From Narcine bancroftii (lineage: Eukaryota): a DNA stretch of 64,000 nt. The stretch is taken from assembly GCF_036971445.1 (NCBI RefSeq), contig NC_091473.1, positions 205,158,001 to 205,222,000 on the forward strand, given 5' to 3'. This document shows positions 24,901-35,510 of this stretch, piece by piece; the first letter of the stretch is position 1, and every line of letters starts with the position of its first letter. The translations under genes were made by a program, and so were the position numbers. The notes below the pieces were generated by a model. That model was not told the DNA's origin. It did no database searches and saw only the letters and a list, made by a program, of their open reading frames with translations.

Positions 24901-25756
24901 CCCATAGTATAAACTTATCTTCCACTGATTCCGTATTTACTTCAAAGTACATTTTTAATTGTTTTTCAATAAATTCTCTAAAATCCTGTCTTTTAAGTAG
25001 CATGGGGTTTAATCTCCATCTATACATTCTTGGAGGGATGTCTTCTAGCTCTATTGCCAATAACAGGGGTGAGTGGTCCGATAATAGTCTAGCTTTATAT
25101 TCCGTTTTCCTAACTCTCCCTTGTATGTGGGCTGATAACAGGAATAGGTCTATCCTTGAGTATGTTTTATGTCTAGTCGAGTAGTATGAGTATTCCTTTT
25201 CTTTTGGGTTTTGTTTCCTCCATATGTCCACAAGTTTCATTTCTTGCATTGATTTAATTATAAATTTGGTTACTTTGTTCTTCCTGTTAATTTTTTTCCC
25301 CGTTTTATCCATATTTGGATCCAAATTCAGATTGAAATCCCCTCCTATTAGTATGTTCCCTTGCGTATTAGCTACCTTCAAAAAGATATCTTGCATAAAC
25401 TTTTGATCTTCTTCGTTAGGTGAATATATATTAAGTAGATTCCAAAGCTCTGAATATATCTGACATTTTATCATAACATATCTCCCTGCTGGATCTATTA
25501 TTTCCTCTTCTATTTTAAATGGCACATTTTTGCTAATTAATATAGCCACTCCTCTTGCTTTTGAATTATACGATGCTGCTGTTACATGTCCTACCCAATC
25601 TCTCTTTAATTTCTTGTGCTCCCATTCAGTTAAATGTGTTTCTTGGACAAATGCTATATCTATTTTTTCCTTTTTCAGTAAATTTAGTAGTTTCTTCCTT
25701 TTAATTTGGTTATGTATTCCATTAATATTTAGAGTCATATAGTTCAGCGTAGCCAT
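21959..25756 (-). CDS. L1 ORF2p: APE endonuclease, reverse transcriptase and C-terminal CCHC motif (1265 aa)
   Basis: EN motifs LNING, VQETH, GDFN, SDH; RT motifs LDAEKAFDRV, QGCPLSP, FADD; CFRC..HAIWTC; uninterrupted. Confidence 0.97.
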   Translation of the reverse strand: MATLNYMTLNINGIHNQIKRKKLLNLLKKEKIDIAFVQETHLTEWEHKKLKRDWVGHVTAASYNSKARGVAILISKNVPFKIEEEIIDPAGRYVMIKCQIYSELWNLLNIYSPNEEDQKFMQDIFLKVANTQGNILIGGDFNLNLDPNMDKTGKKINRKNKVTKFIIKSMQEMKLVDIWRKQNPKEKEYSYYSTRHKTYSRIDLFLLSAHIQGRVRKTEYKARLLSDHSPLLLAIELEDIPPRMYRWRLNPMLLKRQDFREFIEKQLKMYFEVNTESVEDKFILWDAMKAFIRGQIISYATKMKKDYNQETEQLEREIINIEKKLAIKEDTTKRRELADKKIKYETLQTYKVEKNIMKTKQKYYELGEKTHKILAWQLKTEQTKKTVLATRKKDKQITYNPKEIKENFREFYEQLYRTENEGKEGKIDEFLTKIELPKLQIEEQNKLTEPFGTVEIQEIIKNLPNNKTPGEDGLPIEFYKTFKDLIIPPLLDVINQIDETQNLPDSCKTAIITVILKQGKDPLSPASYRPISLLNTDYKIIAKLLANRLAEQVPKMVNLDQTGFIKKRRTTDNICKFINLIHAVEGNKAPAVAVALDAEKAFDRVEWNYLFKVLQKFSLPEKYINWIKALYKGPLAKVTVNGHVSKQFNLSRSTRQGCPLSPLLFALAIEPLAESIRRDNNIKGIKIKDREYKISLFADDVIVYLTEPELSIKELYKKLKEYGEVSGYKINVNKSEAMPMNNADFSKFKEESPFRWQTQAIRYLGVQINKNLGQLYKLNYNPLMKKLQDDLEHWKELPLTLIGRINCIKMNIFPRILYLFQALPIQLTEKFFKELKKIIRRFLWRGGKPRIALDKLTEWYKQGGLQLPNFKNYYRAAQLRYLSDFYQTREKPDWTRLELDKIGEKIPEHILYKWDEKLVQHRTSPVLHHLLNIWKKIHVERNKINYQIPKLILTQNKLLPFTIDNLAFRKWEKKGIKRIENCFSGNRFLSFEQMRDKYNITGDTALAYYQLRSYLKDKLGSNLSLPEGSNLEYVITDTMLIKRFIKNMYIKLQEKENEETNGKTKQKWEQDLNIKIKKETWEKLCSGTMRNTINTRLRMIQYNWLHRLYITPQKLNKWDPTVSDRCFRCKKERGTTIHAIWTCERVEKFWDDLNQILNKITENNIPKNPEIFLLSNIKNKEFGIDLEDAQKRFVKIALAVAKKCIMSTWKLEDNLKIQQWYIEMNKCIPLEKITYSLRNNIEIFEQVWEPYIKYNSENLPGTNIT

Positions 25757-26356
25757 TTTATATTTTGTTTATCTTCTCTTTCCGTTTTTCCATCATTACC
25801 TTTCCTCCTTTTCCATTTCTGTTTTCTTATTTTCAACTCTTTACCAGACAACATTCCTACAACATCCAACATTTTCCTTATTCTCCTATTTCTATCTTCT
25901 TTATCCCCAATCTCCCCTTCCCCTCCTGAGTTGCCCTTTATCCCTTGTCGGACAACCACATCTCCCCTCTCCATTTGGATTTGCGAATCCACTCGCAAGC
26001 GTCAACTGATTTTGCAGTGACCGCTCTTTTCCCCCCACCCAGCCCCCCCCAGAAAAGATTTCGTTTTTTATATGTCACAAAGGTCACTCTTTTAGTTCCC
26101 TCCTTATTCTCTCTATTCCATTACCTTCCCTTATTAATTCTTGTCTATACTTTCTATGTTTTCCTCTAATTACAGATACTTTCACATATGCCCGTTGTCT
26201 CTATTCACTCTTATACCTCTTTACCCGCATACATATCAATCGTGGTCATTTTTACCCTCCTTACCCGTCTTCATCCCTCAGTCTATTTTTGTCTTTACCC
26301 ACATACATATCAATCGTGATAATTTTTGCTCTCATTACCCGTCTTCATCCCTCAGT

Positions 26357-27586
26357 CTATTTTTGTAATTGTTCTGCAAATTTTCGTGCTTCTTCTGGAT
26401 CCGAGAATAGTCTGTTTTGTTGTCCTGGAATAAATATTTTCAATACCGCAGGATGCTTCAGTGTAAATTTATATCCTTTCTTCCATAAAATCGCTTTTGC
26501 TGCATTGAACTCTTTTCTCTTCTTTAGGAGTTCAAAGCTTATATCTGGATAAATGAAGATTTTTTGCCCTTTATACTCCAGTGGTTTGTTGCCCTCTCTT
26601 ACTTTTTCCATTGTCTTCTCCAGCACCTTTTCTCTTGTAGTATATCTTAGGAATTTTACTACAATAGATCTTGGTTTTTGTTGTGGTTGTGGTTTAGGGG
26701 CCAATGCTCTATGTGCCCTTTCTATTTCCATTTCTTGCTGTAGTTCTGGACATCCTAGGGCCTTAGGGATCCATTCTTTTATAAACTCCCTCATATTCTT
26801 GCCTTCTACATCTTCCTTAAGGCCCACTATCTTTATGTTATTTCTTCTGTTATAATTTTCCATTATATCTATTTTTTGGGCTAGTAATTCTTGTGTCTCT
26901 TTAGTTTTTTTATTAGATTCCTCCAATTTCTTTTTTAAGTCTTCTACCTCCATTTCTGCTGCTATTGCCCGTTCTTCCATCTTGTCCATTTTTTTCCCCA
27001 TTTCTGTTAAGGTCATATCCATTTTATTTATTTTCTTTTCTGTGTTGTTTATTCTTCTTCTTAAATCATTGAATTCCTGTGTTTGCCATTCTTTAAATGA
27101 CTCCATGTATCCTCTAACAAGAGCAAGTACCTCCTTTACCTTGCCTATCTTTTCTTCTTCTATTTCCCTGTACTCTTCCTCTTCCTCTTCTTCTTCCTCT
27201 AGGTTGACCATCTGTTGTTTCTTTGCTGCCCTTTCCTCCTCTTCTTTCTTGTTTCCATTGTCTTCTGTGGTGTCTTCTTGCTGCAGGTGTTCTGCAGCTG
27301 TCGTTGCCGGCTGTGGAGATCGACTCCCCAGCTGGTCCCCCCTCCCGTCGGTGTGTTTTTTTGTATGCGCATCGCGCATGCGCGAGGAGTCGCGCATGCG
27401 CGGTTGCGCACTTTTACTCGGCTCTGTGAGCCATTGTTGTAGTTCTCTTTCTACCGACCTGAGGTAATGGGGTCTTCTCTCCACAGCGGGCCTCTTCGGA
27501 CAGGTAAGGCCTTCACCTTTTTCCTCCGTTGTCTTCTCTTCCTCTCTTCTTTCCGTTGATTTTGATTTTTCTCCTTTTGTCTCCAT
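26357..27586 (-). CDS. L1 ORF1p: coiled coil plus RRM/CTD RNA-binding protein (up to 409 aa)
   Basis: Heptad-rich coiled coil followed by RRNNIKIVGL, IERAHR, IVVKF and IFIYPDIS, typical of L1 ORF1p. The true start Met is uncertain. Confidence 0.92.
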   Translation of the reverse strand: METKGEKSKSTERREEEKTTEEKGEGLTCPKRPAVERRPHYLRSVERELQQWLTEPSKSAQPRMRDSSRMRDAHTKKHTDGRGDQLGSRSPQPATTAAEHLQQEDTTEDNGNKKEEEERAAKKQQMVNLEEEEEEEEEYREIEEEKIGKVKEVLALVRGYMESFKEWQTQEFNDLRRRINNTEKKINKMDMTLTEMGKKMDKMEERAIAAEMEVEDLKKKLEESNKKTKETQELLAQKIDIMENYNRRNNIKIVGLKEDVEGKNMREFIKEWIPKALGCPELQQEMEIERAHRALAPKPQPQQKPRSIVVKFLRYTTREKVLEKTMEKVREGNKPLEYKGQKIFIYPDISFELLKKRKEFNAAKAILWKKGYKFTLKHPAVLKIFIPGQQNRLFSDPEEARKFAEQLQK

Positions 27587-28223
27587 CTTCTTTCCACCTT
27601 TATATTCACTTTTCTTTAACTTGTATTTCTGTGCCTTTGTATTTTCTCTCGTTTTTCCCGACTTTTCTGGAGAGGGCTGGAGTTCACCGTCCGGCCACTA
27701 CTCCATCACGTGACTCCTCATCTCCGGAGATCTTGAAGCAGACTTGGCCGTTTGTCTCTGTTCGGTGCGATTCACACGCTTCCTGGGATATTGCGGAGGT
27801 ACACAGGCTCATTCTGAGATGGGATGTGGTTAGAGAGAAAAGGGGAGAAAGAAGTGGATAAGCGTGTTGAGATTGAGAAGGGTTAAGCAGGTGAAAGAGT
27901 GAGACAGCGTGAGGAAGAACCGTAGAAAGAATGAAGGGGTGAGACGGAGGAGTGAGGGAAAGCGAGGGAGGAGATACAAAGAGGGCAGGAGAAAGACGCG
28001 GGAAGTGGACATAGAGGGAGAAACTGAGCGAAGGACGGGGAACGAGATGGGGATTGTCTTATCAACTCAATCTGGTTGGATCAATTATGGCCACACGAAC
28101 CAATCCTGTGTGTGGTAAACACTCTCAAATCTGGCCCAAGCGTCATTTCGCTTAAAACATCGCTCCACCCTGGTACAGCGGTAACACAGGGAAATCTTCG
28201 CTTTAGACCTTAATCCGCGTACC

Positions 28224-28858
28224 ATGTCCCTTCTGAGTTGTTTGCTGATTCTGTGGGCCTTTCTGACTGGTGAGACTGTCTGATTGGTCAGCGACGTCTA
28301 TCCATCGTCTTTTCTCTTTGTATCTCCAGCTTTAACCTAATGAAAATTGACAATTCCCCAAAATGTTGCTTCCGACTTGGAATCGCGCTCTTATATAATC
28401 GAGCATTTGTAAAATATTCTTCCTCCGATTTGAGTCCGGGCATCATTTTCCTACTGCGCTGTTGGCTGATTGTTTGCGCCGTTCTACTTGGTGAGAGTGA
28501 TTGGTCAACAAGTGTCCAGTGGGATCAGCGCGATTAACACCTTCTGTTTTGTTCCAGCGGCGAGTGGGAAAGACTCAGTTAGTCAAGACCCCACGGAATT
28601 GGTGGTCTATGAAGGGCAGATCGTATCACTGAGCTGCAGTTACTCGAAGAGCCTGATGGCATATATTTGGTACATTCATCATCCTGGAAAATCTCCCAAA
28701 TATCTGCTGAAAATCTACGCGTCAGGAGAGGCGTTTCCGTCCCCAGATTGTCCGGAGAGGATCTCGGGTATATTGGAGAAAAAGAGTCAGAAATCCCACC
28801 TTAACATCTCTAAAAGCCTTGTAGAAGATTCCGCCGTGTATCTCTGCGCAGTGAAGCA
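28224..28858 (+). CDS. TRAV: TCR alpha/delta V gene segment, family E copy 1 (apparently functional)
   Basis: Leader 28224-28269 (MSLLSCLLILWAFLT); V exon 28558-28858 (DSVSQ..C..WY..YLCAVK). RSS: CACGCTG 28859-28865, 23 bp, ACAAAAAAC 28889-28897. Confidence 0.9.
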
Positions 28859-29506
28859 CACGCTGTTCCTGAGCAGTGGCAGATCCGTACAAAAAACGTA
28901 GCACACGAAATTTAATCGGACGCAGTGGGTCGGGGGCGCCCTCGATCACGGAATGGAAGCGGCAGCGCGACCTTCTTGGAGAGTCTGCAGGAACGTGGAG
29001 TGTGTTGAGATCTGCCCTCCTCTGATCGTTTCTCTCTCTCTGCGTGCTCTGTGTCTGAGGTGAGAGGTTGGAAGTCTTGAAGAAATAGACAGCTATTTGC
29101 TGGAATATTGTACTTAAACGATCGATTGTTGTTTAGATAGATGGGAGGGAGAGGTTATCACTACTCTCGAAAGGTTAAATAAGTGTAAGAGGTAGTCGAG
29201 TCGAAACAGAACGGGAGAAGCGGCGAGGGGGCCCAGGAAAACAAGAGGAGGTGATGGGAAGGGATGAGCGAGAGTGAAGAAGATAAAGACGTGGGGAGTG
29301 TAAATGTAGACAGCGAAACACGAGCGAAAATGACTGAACATGAGAACAGCCAACATGAATAACTAGATTCCATTGGTCCAGTAACTGAGCCCTATTGAGC
29401 CGATGTGCGAGGAGGGCGCCCTCCTGTGTATCCTAGAGGATGGGCCGCCACTGACGCGACCACCCAGTCTTCGACTAAAATGTTGAAATATTCGCTGTTT
29501 ATCTTC

Positions 29507-29967
29507 ATGCTGGTTTCCTCCCCATTCAGTTATTTGTTGATTCTGTGGGCCGTTCAGCTTGGTGAGCCTCTGACAGATTGGTCAGCGCGTGTCCCTACCG
29601 GCTCAGCGCAATTCTTCTCATATCTTGCACTGCGAGCTTCATTCCAGGAACAAAAGGGGAAATGTAGTAACACACGGAAATGTCTGCGGGACGCCAAGCA
29701 GAGTCACTGACACTACTTACCCGACAAGTGTTACCTTATATCTTTGGGACGTTAAAATCCCCGTGGATCGTCAAATCTTGGATATAACATCCAGTTCGAT
29801 GTGGTTCAGACTCACGATCGTCCGGACAGGATGACGGTTACATTGGAGAAAAGGGTCCGAATATTACATCTCAATATCTCGAAAGCTCTTGAAGCCCACT
29901 TGACCGTGTATATCTGTGCGGTGCGGCTCACGCTGTTCTTTGGAAATTGAGGTGACGCACAAAACCT
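29507..29967 (+). pseudogene. TCR V pseudogene family F copy 3
   Basis: Paralog of 13248-13708; RSS 29929-29967. Confidence 0.82.
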
Positions 29968-30371
29968 GATTCTGAAATCGGATGTGGGTGGAATCAAAAG
30001 GGGATGAAGAGGACGGGAGATCATGTTAGTGATTGCGAAAGGCCGAGCAGGTGAAAATGCTAGATAGAATGAGCTAGAGGAATAGAATGAAAGAAGCGGA
30101 GAGAGGGAGCGAGGGAGGAGATAAAAAGACGGAAGACACTGGGAATGCACAGATAGAGGGAGAAACCGTGAAAGGAGAGCGCGATGAAGACTGTCTTCTC
30201 AACGCGGTCTGATTGGTTCACGAATGAGATCATCAACCAATCCTATGTGAAGGAAACGCATTCATTTCTGACCCAGGGTGTTTGTCCGCTCATAACATCG
30301 ACCGATCCGTATTTCCCTATGTTCAGCTGTAATACGGGGAAATCTTCGCCTTTGACCTTAATCCGCAGATC

Positions 30372-30578
30372 ATGGCTGTTGTGTGTTTTTTTGCCGATTC
30401 TTTGGGTCGTTTTGACTGGTGAGCATGTCCGATATGTTACCATCCCCGGTAGTCCACGTGTTTTTAACTTTAACATTAGTAAAGTTAGATGAGTTCCCCC
30501 CAAGAATCAAACTCCTTAGCTCTCCCTCCGTTTACTCGTTTACTCGTTCACTGTCTACGTACTGATATACGTCGCGCG

Positions 30579-30619
<41 letters not shown>

Positions 30620-31184
30620 TCTGTCGCTCCTCGCCATTCTAATGAGTGAGAAACAAGTCCAGTCTCCAAAAGACATTTTTCAGCATCCGACTTGAGTTTT
30701 CGACCTTGTGTCGGGCGAGCATTTAGAAAATTTCTTTCTTCCGAATTGAAGCCGAGCATCATGTTCCTCCTGAAGATTGGGCAGAATCTTAGGGCCGATC
30801 TGCCAGCTGAGACAGATTGGTCAACAAGTGTCGCGCGGGTGCAGTACGGTCCAGCGGTGTTCACTCATTCTGCTTTGTTCCAGGGGCCAGTGCGAATGAT
30901 TCAGTGACACAAAGACCGCCGGAAATGATAGTCGATGAAGGGCAGTTTGTGGAACTGAACTGTAGTTACTCGATGACAACCTACGCTTATTTTTGGTACA
31001 TTCAACATCCCGGAGAATCTCCAAAATATTTGCTGAAAATCCAACGGTCAAGAGACGTGTTTCCTTCTCGCGATTGTCCTGAGAGGATATCGGGTTCCTT
31101 AGAGAAAACGAGCCAGAGATTCCACCTTAATATCTCACAAATCCGCGTGGATGATTCCGCCGTGTATCTCTGCGCCGTGGAGCT
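30372..31184 (+). pseudogene. TRAV: TCR V family A copy 3; V exon intact but leader frameshifted (T7 instead of T6)
   Basis: Leader 30372-30418 is 47 nt versus 46 nt in paralogs; V exon 30884-31184 open; RSS 31185-31222. The extra T could be a homopolymer sequencing error. Confidence 0.75.
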
Positions 31185-32510
31185 CACGCTGTTCCAGGGC
31201 GGCGGGGATCTGCACAAAAACACACCTCGAGAATTGTCATCACGCGCGGTGGCTTGGGGGCGCTCTCGGTCCCCAGAAGCCAGTTCTGTCAGTCAGATTA
31301 ATAGAAGGGTGAAGTCAACGCCGAGGTGCTGGAGATTTTCCCTCATCTTGCGTTTCTTTTTCTCTGCATCCGTTTCGTTTCTTTGAGGTTGAAGGTAGGA
31401 TGACAGCGAGGGAGAAAAAGTGAACAGCTGTTTCCCAGAATATAGTGGGAAAAGGGAAGTTATGTTTTTGTGATGGAAATTGAGAATTTGATAAAGGCGG
31501 CGCGGGTAGGACAAGAGCGTGGCCCCACATTCATGAGTGCATATGGCATAGAGTAGGGGACAAAGCAGGCATTGATGCGTGTTTCTGATCATCGTAGAGG
31601 AGGTGATGTTGCCGATGAGCACTGTTGGGGGCTTCCAATGAGGATGTCACAGATCCAGTAACAGATGGCTGGACAAAGTACCGGATCCTTTAGATTGGTC
31701 TTCCGCTTTGCAACTGTGTGGGCGTTGAACGCCGGGCATTAGTCCTTGAACAGCAAACCCACCATGGTATTTCAGCGGTATAGGTGATTTAATAAAGAGT
31801 GGACCGTCAACGGTAGGGGTGGGGGTGGGGGCGGTCGTCACCTGTGGCGACGGGTGATGGGCGAATTGAAGTGTGTCCAGATCCTTCAAGTGATAGGTGT
31901 TAATGCGCTCGATAACCAAACGGCGAAAACATTTCCTCCAAGTCCGTTAACTTGCTCTTGATGGGCAACAGGAGAGAGCAACGTGGAAGCAAAATCTCAT
32001 AGAAATGCTGGAGCAACACAGCCGGTGCTGCAGAACCCAAAAGGAGGGAAAGATACCTCACCGATATTTCGGGTCTGAGCCCTTCTTCAATGAATAAGAA
32101 AATCTCCTGAATGTGTTAAAATTAAGACTGCAGACTGACCGGGTTTGTTGTTGGTGGGGGTGGGGGGGGGGGGGGGTTGGGGGAGAGGGGCAGTTCAAAG
32201 CGACAGTTGATAATTGGCTATGGAAGGTAAAGAGATGAGAATTGATTTTGTTTCTGTCAACGGGGACAGAGGGAAACTCACATAGACCGAGACACNNNNN
32301 NNNNNNNNNNNNNNNNNNNNNNNNNNNNNNNNNNNNNNNNNNNNNNNNNNNNNNNNNNNNNNNNNNNNNNNNNNNNNNNNNNNNNNNNNNNNNNNNNNNN
32401 NNNNNNNNNNNNNNNNNNNNNNNNNNNNNNNNNNNNNNNNNNNNNNNNNNNNNNNGGGAGAGAGAGGGCCTCGGGGAAATGCAAAAGTGGGAAAAATTAA
32501 TTGTTTATCC

Positions 32511-32867
32511 TGACTTCCCCCCCTTTCAGTTGTTTGCTGATTTTGTGGACCGATCCACTTGGCGAACCTCTGACTGATTGGGTAGCTCGCGTCCCTCCCG
32601 GCTCAGCGCAATTTCTCGCATATTACATTCATTGCGTGTTTCGTTCAGACACAAATTGAAATATCGTGGCCCATATATTAAATGCTTAAAAATTATAACC
32701 GAGACGACGTGGTCTGCCTCACGTTTGACTGGACAGGATGACGTTGGAGAAAAGGGGCCGGATATTTCACCTCAATAAGTCGAAAACCTTTGTAGCGGAC
32801 TTGATGGTTTATCTCAGGGCGGTGTGGCTCACGCTGTTCTTTGGAAATAGCTGGACGCACAAATCGT
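32511..32867 (+). pseudogene. TCR V relic family B copy 4
   Basis: Paralog of 3030-3386. Confidence 0.7.
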
Positions 32868-33245
32868 ATGTGGTTTGAAATGAAACGCGAGAAAGAGGAT
32901 GCTAGAGCAGGTTAGGGATTGCTTAATGTTGAACAGGTGAAAATGTGAGACAGAGTGAGCGTCAAGAATAGAACGAAAGAAGGAGAAAGGGGGCGAGGGA
33001 GGAGATTAAAAAAAGGGTAGATGCGGGGAGTGAACAGGTAGAGGGTTGTGAAGCGAGGGGAACGCGATGCAAACTGTCTTCACTAACGCGTTCTTATTGG
33101 TTGGATAATGACCACACCAACCAATCCTGTATGATGGAAACACTCTCATATCTGTCCCAAGTGTTAGACCGCTCATAACATCGCCCCACCAATTGTACTG
33201 CGGTAACATAAGGAATCCTTCGTTGATGATCTTAATCCACATACC

Positions 33246-34074
33246 ATGTTCTTCGTGAATGGTTTGGTGATTCTTTGGGCCGTTCTGACTAGTGAGCCTG
33301 TCTGACTGGTCAGCGACTTCTGCCCATTGTCCTCTCTCTACAAATCTCTAGCTTTAACGTAATTAAAGACGGACAATTTCCCCAACTTCCTTTGCTCTTC
33401 CTTGCACGTTCTTCCTCCGCTTACTCATTTACACACTCTCTGTGTTTACTGAACTTCCTCGCGGTTTCACTGTCGCTCTCGTTCCCCCCCTCTCTCGCTC
33501 TTCGCCATTTTCGTACGAGGGAAACGGGGACACATACAGAGTTTCTGCTGCTCCCGACGTGGGTACGCAACCTGATATGGTCGAGGATTTGTAAAATATC
33601 CTACCTCCGAATTTAGACCGGGCATCATGTTCCTACTGATTTGTTGGCTGATTATATGCACCGTTCCGCCTGTTGAGACTAATTGGTCAACTAGTGCCGC
33701 GCGGGTTCAGTGCCATCCAGCGGAGTTCACACATTTTATTTTGTTCAAGGGGCGAGGGCAAAGGATTCGGTGACCCAAAGCCCGCCGCAAATGTTAGTGG
33801 ATAAAGGGCAGATCGTATCAATGAGATGTAGTTACTTGATTAGCCCCGACACTAATTTTTGGTACATTCAATATCCCGGAGAATCTCCAAAATATTTGGC
33901 GAAAATCTACACGTCCCGAATCGTGGTTCAGACTCACGATTATCCTGAGAAAATAACGCGTTATTTGGTGAAAAAGGTAATGAAATCCACCTCATCATCT
34001 CTGAAAGCCTTGTGGAGGAATCCGTCGTGTATCTCACGCAGCTGCAGATGGGCTGGCAGATCCACACAAAAAAA
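33246..34074 (+). pseudogene. TCR V pseudogene family C copy 4
   Basis: FR3 1-bp deletion; second Cys lost. Confidence 0.88.
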
Positions 34075-34983
34075 CAGAACCTCATGGAATTTAATCGGAC
34101 ACTGTGGCTCAGGGGCGCACCCGTCAACGGAATGGAAGCGACAGCGCGATCTACCTGAAGGGCCTGCTATAACGTGGAGTTGCAGGAGATTTGCCATTCT
34201 CTGAGCGTTTCTCTTTCTCTGAGTGCTCTTGGTCTGAATTGGAGGTTGGAAGTCAGGGGAGAGGGTGAAACAGATAGGTATTTGTCAGTATATTGTAGGA
34301 AAATGAAGCAATGTTCTTTAGATGGAAGGTGAGAAGTTTAAAAAAATCTTAGCCACGCGGGTCGGTGGGACTAGCGATCCCTCAAACCTGTTATTGCTAA
34401 AATGAACAACTAGCTCCTTGGTCTTGATGATATTAAAAACATAATTGTCGTTCTCGAACCAGCCAAACTGGTTCTCGATCACTATCCTACATTCGGACTC
34501 ATCGTTTCCATTTATTTGGGCAGCCCTGGTGGCGCCTTCAGCTAATTTGTAGATTGAGTTTGGGGTGAACTTGGCTGAACATCCATGAGTGAACATGGCT
34601 AAGGTTGAAGGGAGGGAGAGATTGGCACTGCTCTCGAAAGATTAACTAAGTGGAAGACGGAGTCGCCTCAAGGAAGGAAGTGAAAGAGAACAGGAGAAGC
34701 GGCGAGAGGGTGCAGGAAAACATGTGAAGATGAAGGAAAGGGATGAGCAAGAGTGAAGAAGAGAGAGACGTCTGGTGTGTAAATATAGACAAGTAACACG
34801 TGGGAAAAAGAGTGAGAATGAGAACGGCCAAGATTAGTAACCAGATTTCATTGGTTCTATCACTATTGTGACGATGTGCGAGGAATGCGCCCTCCTGTGC
34901 CTCCAAGATGATGGGCCGCTACTGACGCGATCCCACAGTCACATATCGGGCAAAGACGTTGAAAGATGCTTCTGTTCATATTC

Positions 34984-35442
34984 ATCCTGGATTCCTTCCC
35001 ATTCAGTGTTTTTCTGATTCTGTGGGCCGTTCTGCTTGGAGAACCACTGTCTAATTATTCAGCGCGTGTCCCTCCCGGCTCAGACTATTTCCTCGCAGAT
35101 CTGCACTGCTTGCTTCTTTCCGAAACAAATGGGGAAATGCTGTGACACACGGACATGGCCGCGGTAAGACAAGAAGTGGCACTGACACTAGTAACCCGAG
35201 AGGTGTAACCTTATTTTTTGGAGACGTTACAACTCCCGTGGACCGTGAGATCTTGGATATAACATACTATTCAATGCGTTTCGGTCTCACGATCGTCCGG
35301 ACAGGATGACGGTTCCTTTGGAGAAAAGGGACTGGATATTCCACCTCAATGTTTCGAAAGCTGTTGAAGCGGACTTGGCCGTGTATCTCTGCGCGGTGCC
35401 GCTCACATTGTTCTTTGGAAATTGCGGAAATGCACAAAAGCT
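34984..35442 (+). pseudogene. TCR V pseudogene family D copy 4
   Basis: Paralog; RSS 35404-35442. Confidence 0.8.
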
Positions 35443-35510
35443 GATTCTGAAATCGGATGTGGGTGGAAACAAAACCGGAGACAGAGGACGCGAGACTCAG
35501 AGTGAGGCAG

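Larger units (their letters stand above)
21645..27719 (-). mobile_element. Full-length intact L1-clade non-LTR retrotransposon (~6.08 kb)
   Basis: T-run 21643-21705 (polyA on minus strand), AATAAA at 21711-21716, intact ORF1 and ORF2, and 15-bp TSD ATCTCCGGAGATCTT at 21630-21644 and 27720-27734; paralogous units show the empty site. Confidence 0.97.
21519..27810 (+). pseudogene. TCR V relic family G copy 2, split by the full-length L1
   Basis: Pieces 21519-21644 and 27720-27810 rejoin to match the uninterrupted copy at 58121-58323. Confidence 0.75.

Noticed and set aside
22428-27467. Plus-strand hydrophobic ORFs inside the L1
   Set aside because: Antisense shadows of the A-rich ORF1/ORF2 with no recognisable motifs.
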